Source: an uncultured Acidobacteriota bacterium
GTDB lineage: Bacteria; Acidobacteriota; Vicinamibacteria; Vicinamibacterales; UBA2999
Assembly: GCA_963807105.1 (NCBI GenBank)
Contig: CAWEAM010000006.1
Span: 90,292 to 154,291 of the forward strand
DNA length: 64,000 bases
Reading direction: 5' to 3'
Made by a program: the position numbers and the translations under genes. The notes below the pieces were generated by a model. That model saw only the letters and a program-made list of their open reading frames with translations. It ran no database searches and was not told the origin of the DNA. This document shows, piece after piece, positions 27,667 through 37,893 of this stretch (its first letter is position 1; each line of letters begins with the position of its first letter).

Positions 27667-28399
27667 GTGCGAGCACCGATCGTGAAGGTCGCCGCGTATC
27701 AGGCCCCGCTCGCCGAACCGGGCTCCATGGAAGCGCTCGGCCTCATTCGGCAGCGAGTCGCCTGGTGTGAGGCTCACGGCGTTTCGATCCTGTGTTGTCC
27801 GGAGGCCATTCTGGGGGCCTTGCTGACTACAGCGCTGATCCGATCCGGTTCGCGATCGCAGTCGGCGACGGCCGCCTCGAATCGGTTCTCGCACCGCTCG
27901 CAAGCGAGCTCGTAACGACGATCGTGGGATTCACCGAGTTGGGACCCGGCAACCGGCTGTACAACGCCGCCGCGGTCTCTCACCGCCGGTCCGTCGTCGG
28001 CATCTATCGCAAGCGGCATCCCGCCAACAATCGATCGCTGGCCGGGACGTGCCCGTGTTCACGATCGACGGCCTGACGTTCGGCATCATCATCTGCAACG
28101 ACTCGAACTACCTGGAGCCGGCGCGACTCGTCGCCGCTCAGGGTGCGACGGCGCTCTTCGTGCCCGCCAACAACGGCCCTCCTCGAGCGAAGACCAGTGA
28201 GAGGCTGGTGGCGCACACGCGGGATGTGGACACGTCCAGAGCGGTCGAGAACCGCCTGTGGATCATCCGTTCCGACGTCGCCGGCAGCTGCAGCGAGTTG
28301 ATTTCGTCCGGGACTTCCGCCATCGTCAACCCCGACGGCCTGGTCGTGAGGGCAGCCCGGCCGCTCAGCGACGATTTGCTCGTCGCGGAGATCGAGTAG
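27667..28399 (+). CDS. Carbon-nitrogen hydrolase (nitrilase family), frameshifted
   Basis: KVAAYQ, LCCPEA (Glu), YRKRH (Lys), IIICNDS (Cys), SAIVNPDG across three frames. Confidence 0.85.
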
Positions 28400-28438
28400 C
28401 GCGAACGTCGTTCCACCCGTTGCCGGAGGACTGCTGCG

Positions 28439-28975
28439 ATGACGGCTTCCTCACATCCATTGGCCTCGATATGGCTGGTCGCGCGCAGCCTCTTGTGGAC
28501 CGTTTTGTTGCCCGGCATGTTTGCCGGCTACGTTCCCTGGAGATTCTTTGGACTGCGCGAGATCGAGTGGCGGCTCACACCGGTCACGGTGGCCGGCCTC
28601 GTGTGCATCGTTCTTGGCACTGCTCTTCTCGCCGCCTGCATCGTCGAGTTCGCGCGTCGAGGACGCGGCACGCTGTCACCGGCCGATCCGCCGCGTCATC
28701 TCGTCGTCAGTGGGCTGTACAGGTATGTGCGAAACCCGATGTATCTCAGCGTGACCACGATCGTGTTCGGCGAGGTGCTCCTGACCCGATCGCGCCCGCT
28801 GGCGATCTACTGGGTGATCTGGTTTGCGTGTGTGAATCTCTTCGTTATCGCCTACGAGGAGCCGACGTTGAGGCAGCAGTTCGGCCGCTCGTACGACGAC
28901 TACACGCGACAGGTGGGCCGATGGATCCCGCGCGTGCACGGCGCTCGAGGTCGAGCGCCAAACAGAAATCCCTGA
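28439..28975 (+). CDS. Isoprenylcysteine carboxyl methyltransferase / PEMT-family membrane protein
   Basis: LVVSGLYRYVRNPMY and EEPTLRQQFGRSYDDYTRQVGRWIP. Confidence 0.92.
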   Translation: MTASSHPLASIWLVARSLLWTVLLPGMFAGYVPWRFFGLREIEWRLTPVTVAGLVCIVLGTALLAACIVEFARRGRGTLSPADPPRHLVVSGLYRYVRNPMYLSVTTIVFGEVLLTRSRPLAIYWVIWFACVNLFVIAYEEPTLRQQFGRSYDDYTRQVGRWIPRVHGARGRAPNRNP

Positions 28976-29126
28976 TAGTGCTCCGAGTAGCCTCCCGGTA
29001 GAGCTGGCTCGTTCGGCACCAACCTCTTCTGTTCGAGCAGAATTTCCGCCGTGGGCATTTGCTGTCCCACTCGGCAACCTGATCGATCGACGGCGGAGCA
29101 CTGACGATTCGGTAAGATGGGCTCCC

Positions 29127-30800
29127 GTGCCGACGACGCTGCCCCACGAATCGCGGCTGATGTTTGGAGCGTTCGAGCTCGACGGCGCGCGCGGCCAGCT
29201 CTTCCATCACGGAGTTGCCGTGCCGCTGACGCCGAAAGCATTCGCGGTACTGCAACACCTGGCGGGGCAGGCGGGACGACTCGTCTCTAAACAGGAGCTG
29301 CTCGACGCTGAGTGGCCCGGCGTCTTCGTCGGCGACGCCGTGCTCAAGGTCACCATTCGCGAGATCCGCAAGGCGCTCGGCGACGATCCGCAGACGCCGC
29401 GCTTCATCGAGACCGCGCACCGGCGCGGCTACCGTTTCATCGCGCCGCTCGACAGCGCCCGCTCGGTCAAGGCGGGACCACTGGAGGTGGAGCCTGCCGT
29501 TCCGCGCGTGCATTACGCACAAAGCGGCAACGTCAACATCGCCTATCAGGTGGTCGGAACGGGCGCGACCGATCTCGTATTCGTCATGGGATGGGTGTCG
29601 CACCTCGCATACTTCTGGAACGAGCCGTCGTTCGCGCGTTTCTTGAAGCGGTTGGCCTCGATGGGCCGCCTGATTCTCTTCGACAAGCGTGGAACGGGCC
29701 TTTCCGACCCGGTGCCGCTCGACCAACCGCCGACCCTCGAGCAGCGGCTCGACGACGTGCGTGCCGTCATGGACGCGGCGGGATCCAAGCGCGCCGCGCT
29801 GATCGGCGTGTCCGAAGGCGGACCGCTGTGCCTGCTCTTCGCGGCGACCTATCCCGAGAAGACGCAGGGCCTCGTCGCGATCGGCAGCTACGCGCGGCGT
29901 CTCAGGGACGTCGACTATCCCTGGGGACAGACCTGGGAGCAGCGCGACGCATTCTGCCGATCGCTGCCCGAGCTCTGGGGCGGTCCGGTCGGCATCGAGG
30001 AGCGCGCACCGAGCATGGCGCAGGATCCCGTCTTCTGCGATTGGTGGGCGTCGTATCTGCGCATGGGCGCCAGCCCCGGCGCCGCCGCCGCGCTCACGCG
30101 CATGAACGGCGACATCGACGTGCGCGAGGTGCTGCCGTCGATCAAGGTCCCAACGCTCGTCGTCCACCGCCGCGGCGATCGCTGTCTCAAGGTCGAAGAG
30201 GGACGTTATCTCGCCTCGCGAATTCCCGGCGCGCAGTTCGTCGAGCTGCCCGGCAACGACCACCTGCCGTTTGTCGGCAACCAGGAAGAGATCCTCGACG
30301 CGATCGAACACTTTCTCTCGCAGGCGCACGTGGCGCCGGCGCACGAGCACGTGCTGGCCACGGTTCTCACGATGCAGTGCGATCCGGTCTCCGCGGATCA
30401 CGATCAGCTGCGCCAGGCGTTCGCGCGCAAGGTGGCGTCGCATCGCGGCCGCACGGTGGAGTCGGAGGCGCGCCACCTGACGGCGCTCTTCGACGGCCCC
30501 GGACGCGCGGTGCGCTGCGGATGCTCGGTGATGTCGGGCGCCGAGCGCTCCGCGACTCGTCTCCGCGCCGGCGTGCACATCGGCGAATGCGATCCTTCAG
30601 AGCCGGCGGGTCCGCTGATGGACGCGTGCCGGACGATCGCTGCCGCCGCGGCACCGGGTGAAGTGCTGGTCTCGCGGACCATCGTCGATCTCGTGCCGGG
30701 CTCTGGCCTGCAGTTCGTCGAGCGCGGCATGGTGAACCTTCCCACGAACAAACGCGAGCTGTCGCTCTTCGCCGTGTCCGCTCCGCCGGAGAGCAGCTGA
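29127..30800 (+). CDS. Winged-helix regulator fused to an alpha/beta hydrolase and a degenerate class III nucleotide cyclase-like domain
   Basis: N-terminal LTPKAFAVL...IETAHRRGYRF; FDKRGTGLSD, GVSEGG; C-terminal FDGPGRAVRC, RAGVHIGEC, GEVLVSRTIVDLVPGSGL. Confidence 0.9.
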   Translation: MPTTLPHESRLMFGAFELDGARGQLFHHGVAVPLTPKAFAVLQHLAGQAGRLVSKQELLDAEWPGVFVGDAVLKVTIREIRKALGDDPQTPRFIETAHRRGYRFIAPLDSARSVKAGPLEVEPAVPRVHYAQSGNVNIAYQVVGTGATDLVFVMGWVSHLAYFWNEPSFARFLKRLASMGRLILFDKRGTGLSDPVPLDQPPTLEQRLDDVRAVMDAAGSKRAALIGVSEGGPLCLLFAATYPEKTQGLVAIGSYARRLRDVDYPWGQTWEQRDAFCRSLPELWGGPVGIEERAPSMAQDPVFCDWWASYLRMGASPGAAAALTRMNGDIDVREVLPSIKVPTLVVHRRGDRCLKVEEGRYLASRIPGAQFVELPGNDHLPFVGNQEEILDAIEHFLSQAHVAPAHEHVLATVLTMQCDPVSADHDQLRQAFARKVASHRGRTVESEARHLTALFDGPGRAVRCGCSVMSGAERSATRLRAGVHIGECDPSEPAGPLMDACRTIAAAAAPGEVLVSRTIVDLVPGSGLQFVERGMVNLPTNKRELSLFAVSAPPESS

Positions 30801-30805
30801 TTGCG

Positions 30806-31327
30806 TCAGAACGACACGCGCACGGTGTAGGGACCATCAACGCGGAGCACGGACTCCTGCTGAAACTCCCGCTTGTAGAGATAGCGGATCACTTCGATCT
30901 TCTTGTGACTGTCCTTCAGCGTGTCGAACGGATAGAGGAGGATCAGCGCGAACGACGCCTCCTTGGTGAGGACGCCGTCTCTCCCCGTGAAGTGACCGTA
31001 GCCCTTCAGCAGCGTCAGGCCGTCGGGAAAGCGCGGCGTGACGTGAGTGTCGACGAACGCGAGGAAACGCTCCTCGCTCACTGTTGTCCCGGGCATCGTG
31101 GTGCCGAAGTAGAGCTCGGTCTTCACATATCGCTGCCCGCGATAGCGAAGGCGTTCGGGCAACGGGTGGCCGGTCGGCGCGACGTCCTGAAGGGCCGGGG
31201 CCTCTTTGAGCGCGCGCACTGGCGGCGGCGTCAGGGCGCCGACAGTGAGCAGAATCGGTCCGAGAGTAACGAGCAGCAGTGAGTGCATTCGAGGCGTCCA
31301 TTCGGAAGGCTGGCGAACAAACGCCAA
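30806..31327 (-). CDS. DUF3574 domain protein
   Basis: TELYFG, FVDTHVTPRFPDGLT, YKREFQQESVLRVD. Confidence 0.85.
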   Translation of the reverse strand: MAFVRQPSEWTPRMHSLLLVTLGPILLTVGALTPPPVRALKEAPALQDVAPTGHPLPERLRYRGQRYVKTELYFGTTMPGTTVSEERFLAFVDTHVTPRFPDGLTLLKGYGHFTGRDGVLTKEASFALILLYPFDTLKDSHKKIEVIRYLYKREFQQESVLRVDGPYTVRVSF

Positions 31328-31467
31328 GGATGCACGCAGCGCTCCGGCGAGTCATGAGAGCGCCGTAAGAATTCGGTTCGAACGCTGAGCGAGGAGAAAG
31401 AAGAGGGGGAACCAGCCCGGTCGTGGACGAGCCACAGCCCGGGCTGGTCAGATATGCTGGGGACCTG

Positions 31468-31845
31468 CTACCCGACAGGCTCGTCGAGTCGCGTCAATGC
31501 GCGCTGGAGCCGCTTCCAGGTGATGTCGTTCATCTCGACGAATCGCACTGCGTACCCGCCGTCACGGCGATACAGCGTCTCCGCCTTGAGCGCGATCCAG
31601 CCTTCATGCGGAAGCTCGATCTTCAGGTTGAAGACCACGCCCTCCTGCTCATCGCTGAGGCTGTTGACGAAACAGCCGCCGAGGCCGAGGTCGAAGATCT
31701 GCAGCGGTGTCTGCAGGAACCCGGTCCGAACGCCCTCGAAGGGGCCCGGCATCCGGAGGTGCTGGCGACGATTTTCGAGCCCGTCGCTGAAGCCCGCTAA
31801 TGGCTGATCCCGGACGGTTGCTTTCTGCACGACCACTCCTTGCAC
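31468..31845 (-). CDS. PilZ domain protein (c-di-GMP receptor candidate)
   Basis: RRQHLR (RxxxR), DLGLGG (D/NxSxxG-like) and GYAVRF. Confidence 0.75.
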   Translation of the reverse strand: MQGVVVQKATVRDQPLAGFSDGLENRRQHLRMPGPFEGVRTGFLQTPLQIFDLGLGGCFVNSLSDEQEGVVFNLKIELPHEGWIALKAETLYRRDGGYAVRFVEMNDITWKRLQRALTRLDEPVG

Positions 31846-31952
31846 AAGATGAAGGTATGAGGCGGCCCACCAGTCGCGACGACCTTAGAATGGCACGAAT
31901 GTCATTAAACGTCAATACAGTCAGTTAGTGCACGTTTTGACGCAACTTCGTT

Positions 31953-34900
31953 CTACCTGAACATCTCCGGCTTGATCAGGAACTCGCGCCGCACGCCCTG
32001 TTGATCGAGCAGTCGTCCCGTGGCCTGCACGTTGAACTTTGAGCCAGGTGGCAGCGCGGCCGTGACGCGAATCACGCGGGTCTCCAATGGGGCGAGGGTG
32101 CCCACAAACGCCGGGTCGATCAACACCACCGGCGCGCTTCCTTTGAGGGCGCTGAATCGCACCTCTGTGATCGACACGTCGCGTGCGAAGCCGTCGCCGG
32201 CGTTGGTCAGCGCGATGTCCACCCAGGTTTCGCCAGAGGGCGATGACTGGGCGCCCGCGATCCGTCCGCTGACCATTGGCGTGCCCAGGTCGATGAACGC
32301 GACCGAGCCATCGTGGTCCGACAGCCGCGCGAGCGTCGTCGTGCCGTAGAGCGCTTCGGGGAAGTCGGCGTTGCTGCGCCCGTACGCGAAACGGCTGATC
32401 CAGGGCATCAACGGCGCGTTGGCCAGCGCGTGATCGAGCGTTTGTGCATTGCCGTCGAACACGTACGAGTAGCGCTGCGACGGCGGCAGCAGCAGATTGA
32501 GGTTGCTCAGATTGGGCTCGATCAATTCGCTGCTCGCCGCCGCGACTTGCTCCGGCGGCGTCGGGATGCCGGCGATCGTCCCGATCACGTCCACGTACCC
32601 GTCGTTGACGTCGAACGCGTTGAAATCACCGACCAGCAGCACGTGCGCGTCCGGATTGGCGGTCTGCAGCTCCTGCACGAGGCCGGTGAGAAATTCGGCT
32701 TGCGCCCGGCGCTTGGCCTGTACGCGCACGGTGTTGACGTCGATCAGCGAGCGCAGGTGGTTGGCGATCACCGTGAGCGCGAACGGCTCGCCGTTGCGCC
32801 GAAAGGCCAGCGCTTCGATCGCGAGCGGCGGCCGGTCGTTGAGCGTCTCGGTCTGGCCGTTGACCGGATTGACGAAGGTCGCCGTCTTGCCGTACTGCGT
32901 GACGCTCATCACCGCCACGCGTGACGAGCGGACGAGGAACGCGACGTCGATGCCTCCGATGTCGTTGCCTTCTTCGAGGAAGCCGACGTACTGCGGATCG
33001 CCCGTTCCGGCAGCGACACTGTCCTGGTTGATGCGGGCGGCGAGCGCGTCGAGCGTCGCCTGGTTCTCGATCTCGACGATGCTGAGGATGTCCGGCGAGC
33101 GCAGCACCTGTCGAATCACGCCGGAGGCCTTGGCCAGTCGCCGCTGGTAGGCCTCAGTGGTCAGCACGGGCTCGGCCACGGCGTCGTCGTCGCTGTCGTC
33201 GAAGAAACGCTGCATGTTGAGAGATCCGACAGTGATCTCTGCGTCGCGCGCGGCCGGCACCGGCGTAATCGACGCGCCGGCGCTCACGCCCAGAGCAGCC
33301 GTCGACTCGGGACCAATCGTGTAGGTACGGAACCCGAAGTCGAGCGGACCGCTGAGGCCGGTAATGACCGTTCCGGCGCTCACGTCGAGCAGCGGTGCTC
33401 CGAGCAGCCCGCTCACGATACGCAGCCGTTCTGGGTTTGTGTCGAAGATCGGGATCGCGCAGCCGGCTCCGGCGTCACATGGTGGCACCGGATCGTTGAC
33501 GTCGATACCGGCCTCGCGAAACGGCCGCGGCACGCCGGTGACCACACCGTAGAACACGCCGTTGCCGAACGACGTGGCGCTCGTCTCGTTGATGCTGGCA
33601 GTGGTTGGACCGACCACGGTAAGCGACGCGACCGCAACGCGCATGCCTTCCAGCGCTTCGAGCCGCGCGATCGCATCGGGCGCGGTTGTGAGAGCGGCCG
33701 TAATCGGCGTCGGCACCGGGATCGGTTGGCCCGACCCAAGACGAACGATCGCAGCCACGCCGGCGATCTCGGTGAGCGGCGCCTGGAACGGATCGGCGGA
33801 CGGCACGAACTCGGCAACCGTGCCCGTAACGCAGACGAGATTGCCGACGGCCGCGCGGGCCGTCGGCGTTGCGCCGGTGAACACGAAGATGCCGTCGGAG
33901 GTTGTCGGGTCGCCGTCGTCGATCGTCGACTGGATGTAGAAGCCGTTCGAGCGCACGCCGTAGACAACGCCTTCGGTGGTCGTCGATTGCCCTTCTATCG
34001 GCGATCGTATGCCGCTGCCCTGGATCTGGCCAATCGAGTGCGTGGGCGTGCAGGTCGGTATCGGACTGATCGTGAGCGCGCTGCTCGTTGTCGCAGTTCG
34101 GCCTGCGGTGTCGGTAATCGTGACCGCCAACAGCTTGACACCGGTTGGCGTCGCGGCGCCCACGGTGACGAGCACGCTGAAGACGTTGTCGCCGGCTGCC
34201 GCGTCGCCGTTGCTGCCATCGTCGAAGAATGGTTGTGAGGCGTTGCCGCCGATCGCCAAAAGGTCGCCGACCACGGTCGCGATCGGGCTCGCGCCTGGCG
34301 TCGCCATCACCGTGAGCAGGACGTCTTCACCCGCGAACAGATCGTCGGGTGTCGCCGCACCGACGCCCGACGGGGTCACGGGATTCGGGACGATGGAGAA
34401 GTCGTCGACGGCGAGTCCGTCGTCTGCGCCCGAGACGTCGACGTCGTTCCACCGGATCCAGAACGACGCACCCGGCGGAATCGACAGGCCGACGATGGCT
34501 CGGCTGACAATCGTTCGATTGGATGGGGCGTTGCCATTGAGCGCGCCGGCCGTTGTCGTGACCGGACTGAAGAAATCCAGCCCGTCCACGTCGGTCCACG
34601 TTCCGTCGATCAGCGAAGTCGCATCGAGGCTGAACTGAAAGTCGAGACGGTCGGCGCGGCCGGCGGTGCCGAGGCGCCACTCTTCGCCGGCGTACCCGAT
34701 ATCCAGCCGCGTGATGGTCGCGCCCGTCTCGTTGACGAACCATGCGCCGATCGTGGGAATGAGCGATCCGCTTCGCAGACCGCCGAACGCACGCTCGCTG
34801 CTGCCGGAGATCCCGAAGCTGTATGTATCGCCCGCGTTGCCGCTGCCGTTGCCTGCGGTGTAAAGGGTGTTCGCGTTGGCGCCGGCCTCGGCGAAGAACC

Positions 34901-36047
34901 AGCCGCCGGGGAGCGAGCTGCTCGTCGCCGTGCTCGCCAGTGTGTCGAAGAGTTGTGTGTACGGCGCCGCGAGCGCGGTGAGCATCACCGGCCCCACGTC
35001 GTCGTTGAGAATCGTGCCGGCGGCCGCGACGCTGGACGGCGTCGCGCCGGCGACGTTCGTCACCGTGACCGAGAAGGTTTCGTCGGGCTCGACGGTTGCA
35101 TCGCCTTTGACGGTCACGTCGAACTGATAGCTGCTTTGCCCTGCTGGTATCGACACCCCGAGGATGCTTCGCGCTTCGTAGTCGTCGTCGGCGATAGTGG
35201 CCGTGCCATCGGACGTTGCGATGTCGAAAATGACGCCGCTCGCACCGGCCGGTCCGGACAGAGCCACGATGAACGAAAAGACCTTCGTTGCAGAAGCGCC
35301 CTCGCTGAGCGACACGGCGCCGATGGAGATCGTCGGATCGGCCGCGCCACTCTGCGGCGTCAGCGAGAAGTCGTCGATCGACAGTCCATCGTCGGCGCCG
35401 GTGACATCGACGCTGTTCCAACGAATCCAGAACGTGGCGCCGGTCGCGATCGACAGGCCAGTGATCGTGTGGCTGATGGCGGTGCGGTTGGCCGCGCTGT
35501 TCCCGTCGAGCATGCCGACGGTTCCCGTTGCGACCGGGCTGGCGAAGTCGAGATTGCCGACGTCGATCCATGTGCCGGTGGTCAACGAAGTCGCCGTCAG
35601 GCTGTACTGGAAGGCCAGGCGATCGGGACCGCGGTCGGCCGTGCCCAGTCGCCACTGCTCGCCGGTGTAGGTGAAGACGAGAGATGTGATGGTCGTTCCG
35701 GTGTTGTTCGTGAAGGCGGCGCCGATCGTCGGCACGAGCGTTCCGCTTTGGAGGCCGCCAAAGGCGCGCTCGCCGCTGCCGGAAGCGCCGAAACTGTAGG
35801 TGTCACCCGTTCCGCTGCTGCCCGTGCCCGCAGTGTAGGTCGTGTTGGCATTGGTGCCGCTCTCGACGAAGGCCCATCCGGCCGGCGTGACGCTGCTGGT
35901 GCCGCTGCTGGCGAGCGTGTCGAAACTCTCGGTGTGCGGTGTGCCCGTTGACGTCAGTGACACCGGTTGTGCAGAGACTGGCGACGCGAGGAGTAGGCCG
36001 GCGATCGCCAGCCAGCCAGCACGACTGCGCGTGATCATCCGTTTCAT
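31953..36047 (-). CDS. Large secreted endonuclease/exonuclease/phosphatase (ExeM/NucH-like) with duplicated N-terminal domains, Calx-beta and OB-fold
   Basis: Signal peptide; Calx-beta (VKGDATVEPDETF); IQGSG...GFYIQ...TSDGIFV; EEP motifs NHLRS, VGDFNA, YSYVFDGNAQTLDH, LSDHD. Confidence 0.92.
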   Translation of the reverse strand: MKRMITRSRAGWLAIAGLLLASPVSAQPVSLTSTGTPHTESFDTLASSGTSSVTPAGWAFVESGTNANTTYTAGTGSSGTGDTYSFGASGSGERAFGGLQSGTLVPTIGAAFTNNTGTTITSLVFTYTGEQWRLGTADRGPDRLAFQYSLTATSLTTGTWIDVGNLDFASPVATGTVGMLDGNSAANRTAISHTITGLSIATGATFWIRWNSVDVTGADDGLSIDDFSLTPQSGAADPTISIGAVSLSEGASATKVFSFIVALSGPAGASGVIFDIATSDGTATIADDDYEARSILGVSIPAGQSSYQFDVTVKGDATVEPDETFSVTVTNVAGATPSSVAAAGTILNDDVGPVMLTALAAPYTQLFDTLASTATSSSLPGGWFFAEAGANANTLYTAGNGSGNAGDTYSFGISGSSERAFGGLRSGSLIPTIGAWFVNETGATITRLDIGYAGEEWRLGTAGRADRLDFQFSLDATSLIDGTWTDVDGLDFFSPVTTTAGALNGNAPSNRTIVSRAIVGLSIPPGASFWIRWNDVDVSGADDGLAVDDFSIVPNPVTPSGVGAATPDDLFAGEDVLLTVMATPGASPIATVVGDLLAIGGNASQPFFDDGSNGDAAAGDNVFSVLVTVGAATPTGVKLLAVTITDTAGRTATTSSALTISPIPTCTPTHSIGQIQGSGIRSPIEGQSTTTEGVVYGVRSNGFYIQSTIDDGDPTTSDGIFVFTGATPTARAAVGNLVCVTGTVAEFVPSADPFQAPLTEIAGVAAIVRLGSGQPIPVPTPITAALTTAPDAIARLEALEGMRVAVASLTVVGPTTASINETSATSFGNGVFYGVVTGVPRPFREAGIDVNDPVPPCDAGAGCAIPIFDTNPERLRIVSGLLGAPLLDVSAGTVITGLSGPLDFGFRTYTIGPESTAALGVSAGASITPVPAARDAEITVGSLNMQRFFDDSDDDAVAEPVLTTEAYQRRLAKASGVIRQVLRSPDILSIVEIENQATLDALAARINQDSVAAGTGDPQYVGFLEEGNDIGGIDVAFLVRSSRVAVMSVTQYGKTATFVNPVNGQTETLNDRPPLAIEALAFRRNGEPFALTVIANHLRSLIDVNTVRVQAKRRAQAEFLTGLVQELQTANPDAHVLLVGDFNAFDVNDGYVDVIGTIAGIPTPPEQVAAASSELIEPNLSNLNLLLPPSQRYSYVFDGNAQTLDHALANAPLMPWISRFAYGRSNADFPEALYGTTTLARLSDHDGSVAFIDLGTPMVSGRIAGAQSSPSGETWVDIALTNAGDGFARDVSITEVRFSALKGSAPVVLIDPAFVGTLAPLETRVIRVTAALPPGSKFNVQATGRLLDQQGVRREFLIKPEMFR

Positions 36048-36239
36048 AGTCGCTCCGCGTTCGAACACCCGACACACCCGTGCGCCCAGCGACGGCTTGC
36101 GGGACGCGGCGCGACTGTTATACACGACGCGCCTCACGACCTTGTGACGCGGATGTGAACCCGGCATCCATCGGATGCGGCCAGGGCCTGATCTACGTCA
36201 ACAACGGCGTGTGGCTGATCCGGTAGCGGCGCTGCCCGG

Positions 36240-36398
36240 TTGCTCGGCATGCCGACCGGGTTCGCGGGGAGAGTCGCGCCTGCCGCGCCGACGCGAGCGC
36301 TCACGCGAGCGGCTGAGGGGCGCGCGCGTTTCCAGCGCGGACGGCGGAGCGCGATGCGCGTGGGTCGCCGCGAGAAACCCGGTCGGCGCGCCGAGCAA
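36240..36398. repeat. About 160-bp element bounded by about 28-bp imperfect inverted repeats (REP/MITE-like)
   Basis: TTGCTCGGCATGCCGACCGGGTT-CGCGG on the left versus the reverse complement TTGCTCGGCGCGCCGACCGGGTTTCTCGCGG on the right. Confidence 0.65.
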
Positions 36399-36419
36399 AC
36401 TGCCCGACGGCCGGACGAC

Positions 36420-36764
36420 CCATCGTGACGTTTGCCATCCGAGCGGCCGACACAACGTCTGTTGCGACAGCGACCCGGCAGATCGTGCGCGAGGGCGGCA
36501 ACGGGCTGACTGTGGCGCGTACCCGAACCGGTGAGGGCATCTTCGCCGCCCAAACGCGGCGGCAACAGTTCCTCGGCGCGATCCTCTCGATTTTCTCGAT
36601 CGTCGCGCTCGCGCTGACGCTGGTTGCACGGCGTGACGGCCACCGACCCGGGCACGTTTGCGATCGTCACGGCGTTGATCGGAATGATCGCCGCCGTCGC
36701 ATGCCTGATTCCGGCGCGCGTCGCCGTGCGTGTCGATCCTATTTTGGCCTTGCGCGCGGAATAA
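36420..36764 (+). pseudogene. Remnant of the C-terminus of an ADOP/FtsX-like ABC permease
   Basis: [20 protein letters not shown], then a frame change to [14 protein letters not shown]...[21 protein letters not shown]-stop, matching the ends of the intact permeases in this window. Confidence 0.75.
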
Positions 36765-36978
36765 CCTCGTCAACGCGTCGGGGTCTGTTCGGAGCCCATC
36801 ACCGGCCTCCGAGAGAGGCGAGACATGACTTCCACGATCGGGCGCGTCTGCGCCACCGGCGGCATCGTCCCGCTCGTCGCGGTCTCGCCGGCTATGCGCG
36901 CGCTGGTGCCTCTCGCACAGGCCGATGCGCTCGCGATTACTACGTGTCGGTGATCGATCGACACGAGGGGCGGACTTG

Positions 36979-37893
36979 CTACCGATCGCCAGCGCTTGAC
37001 TGGATTGTCTGCTCGATCCACGTCTGGACGGACGCGATATCGATCCGCGCGTGGATGCTCGCCTCCCGACAGTCGCGCCCGGCGTACCAGACCAGGGCCG
37101 CAATACGGCCATCGAGAAGGATCGGTCCGCCTGAATCGCCGCCGCACAATTCCGCCGGGAGATACCAGGTGGCCCACGTCGCATCTACGACCTGCGAGAG
37201 TCGCTTCACGCGTACGCGCCGCAGCCCATCCCAGTCTGTGAACTCCCGCTCGCGCGGGAGCGCCTGCAGCTGTCCATAACCGACGATGGGCATCCCCGTC
37301 CGCATCGCACGTGTGGTGGCGAGCGCGCCAACCGGCGCCAGGCGGACATGTGCCACGTCGCTGACCCGCTCGGTGAGGAATACGAGTCCCACGTCGCTCA
37401 GGCCGGGATGCGGGGCGCCCGGCCACGCGTTGCTGAACCGTGGCGGCGCGCACGGCAACAACGAGGGATGTCCCATCACTCTTGCAACTGTTCGCCACTT
37501 CGACTCATCGCGCGCATTCCGGTCGAACGTCACATGCAGGCGGGCAAACGCAGGGATGGCGGGCAGAGCCGGGCAGATACAGTGCCCTGCGGTGAGAAAC
37601 GCGCGTTCGCCAATGAGGACGCCGCTGCATTTTGCGAGAAAACCCTCGGGCAATCCCGCGTCTTTCTGCACGGCCGTCGTGATGAGCGCACCGACATAGG
37701 GGAACTGGTTCGCCGTGTCGACGCGGCGGGAGTCGGGATAACTCGCCGTCGCACGCGACATTTCCTGCGCGGCGAGTACCCTGCCGATGGTCGCCGCGAG
37801 CAGCACAAGCACGACGAAGCCTGCAAGGGTGCCGCTGAGTACTCTCGAGCCGCGCGCCTTCACTGCCCCGGTAAACACCATACGTCGACGCAT
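36979..37893 (-). CDS. Trypsin-like (S1) serine protease, secreted
   Basis: CSGVLI, LTAGHC, DVGLV and GDSGGP catalytic triad motifs. Confidence 0.9.
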   Translation of the reverse strand: MRRRMVFTGAVKARGSRVLSGTLAGFVVLVLLAATIGRVLAAQEMSRATASYPDSRRVDTANQFPYVGALITTAVQKDAGLPEGFLAKCSGVLIGERAFLTAGHCICPALPAIPAFARLHVTFDRNARDESKWRTVARVMGHPSLLPCAPPRFSNAWPGAPHPGLSDVGLVFLTERVSDVAHVRLAPVGALATTRAMRTGMPIVGYGQLQALPREREFTDWDGLRRVRVKRLSQVVDATWATWYLPAELCGGDSGGPILLDGRIAALVWYAGRDCREASIHARIDIASVQTWIEQTIQSSAGDR

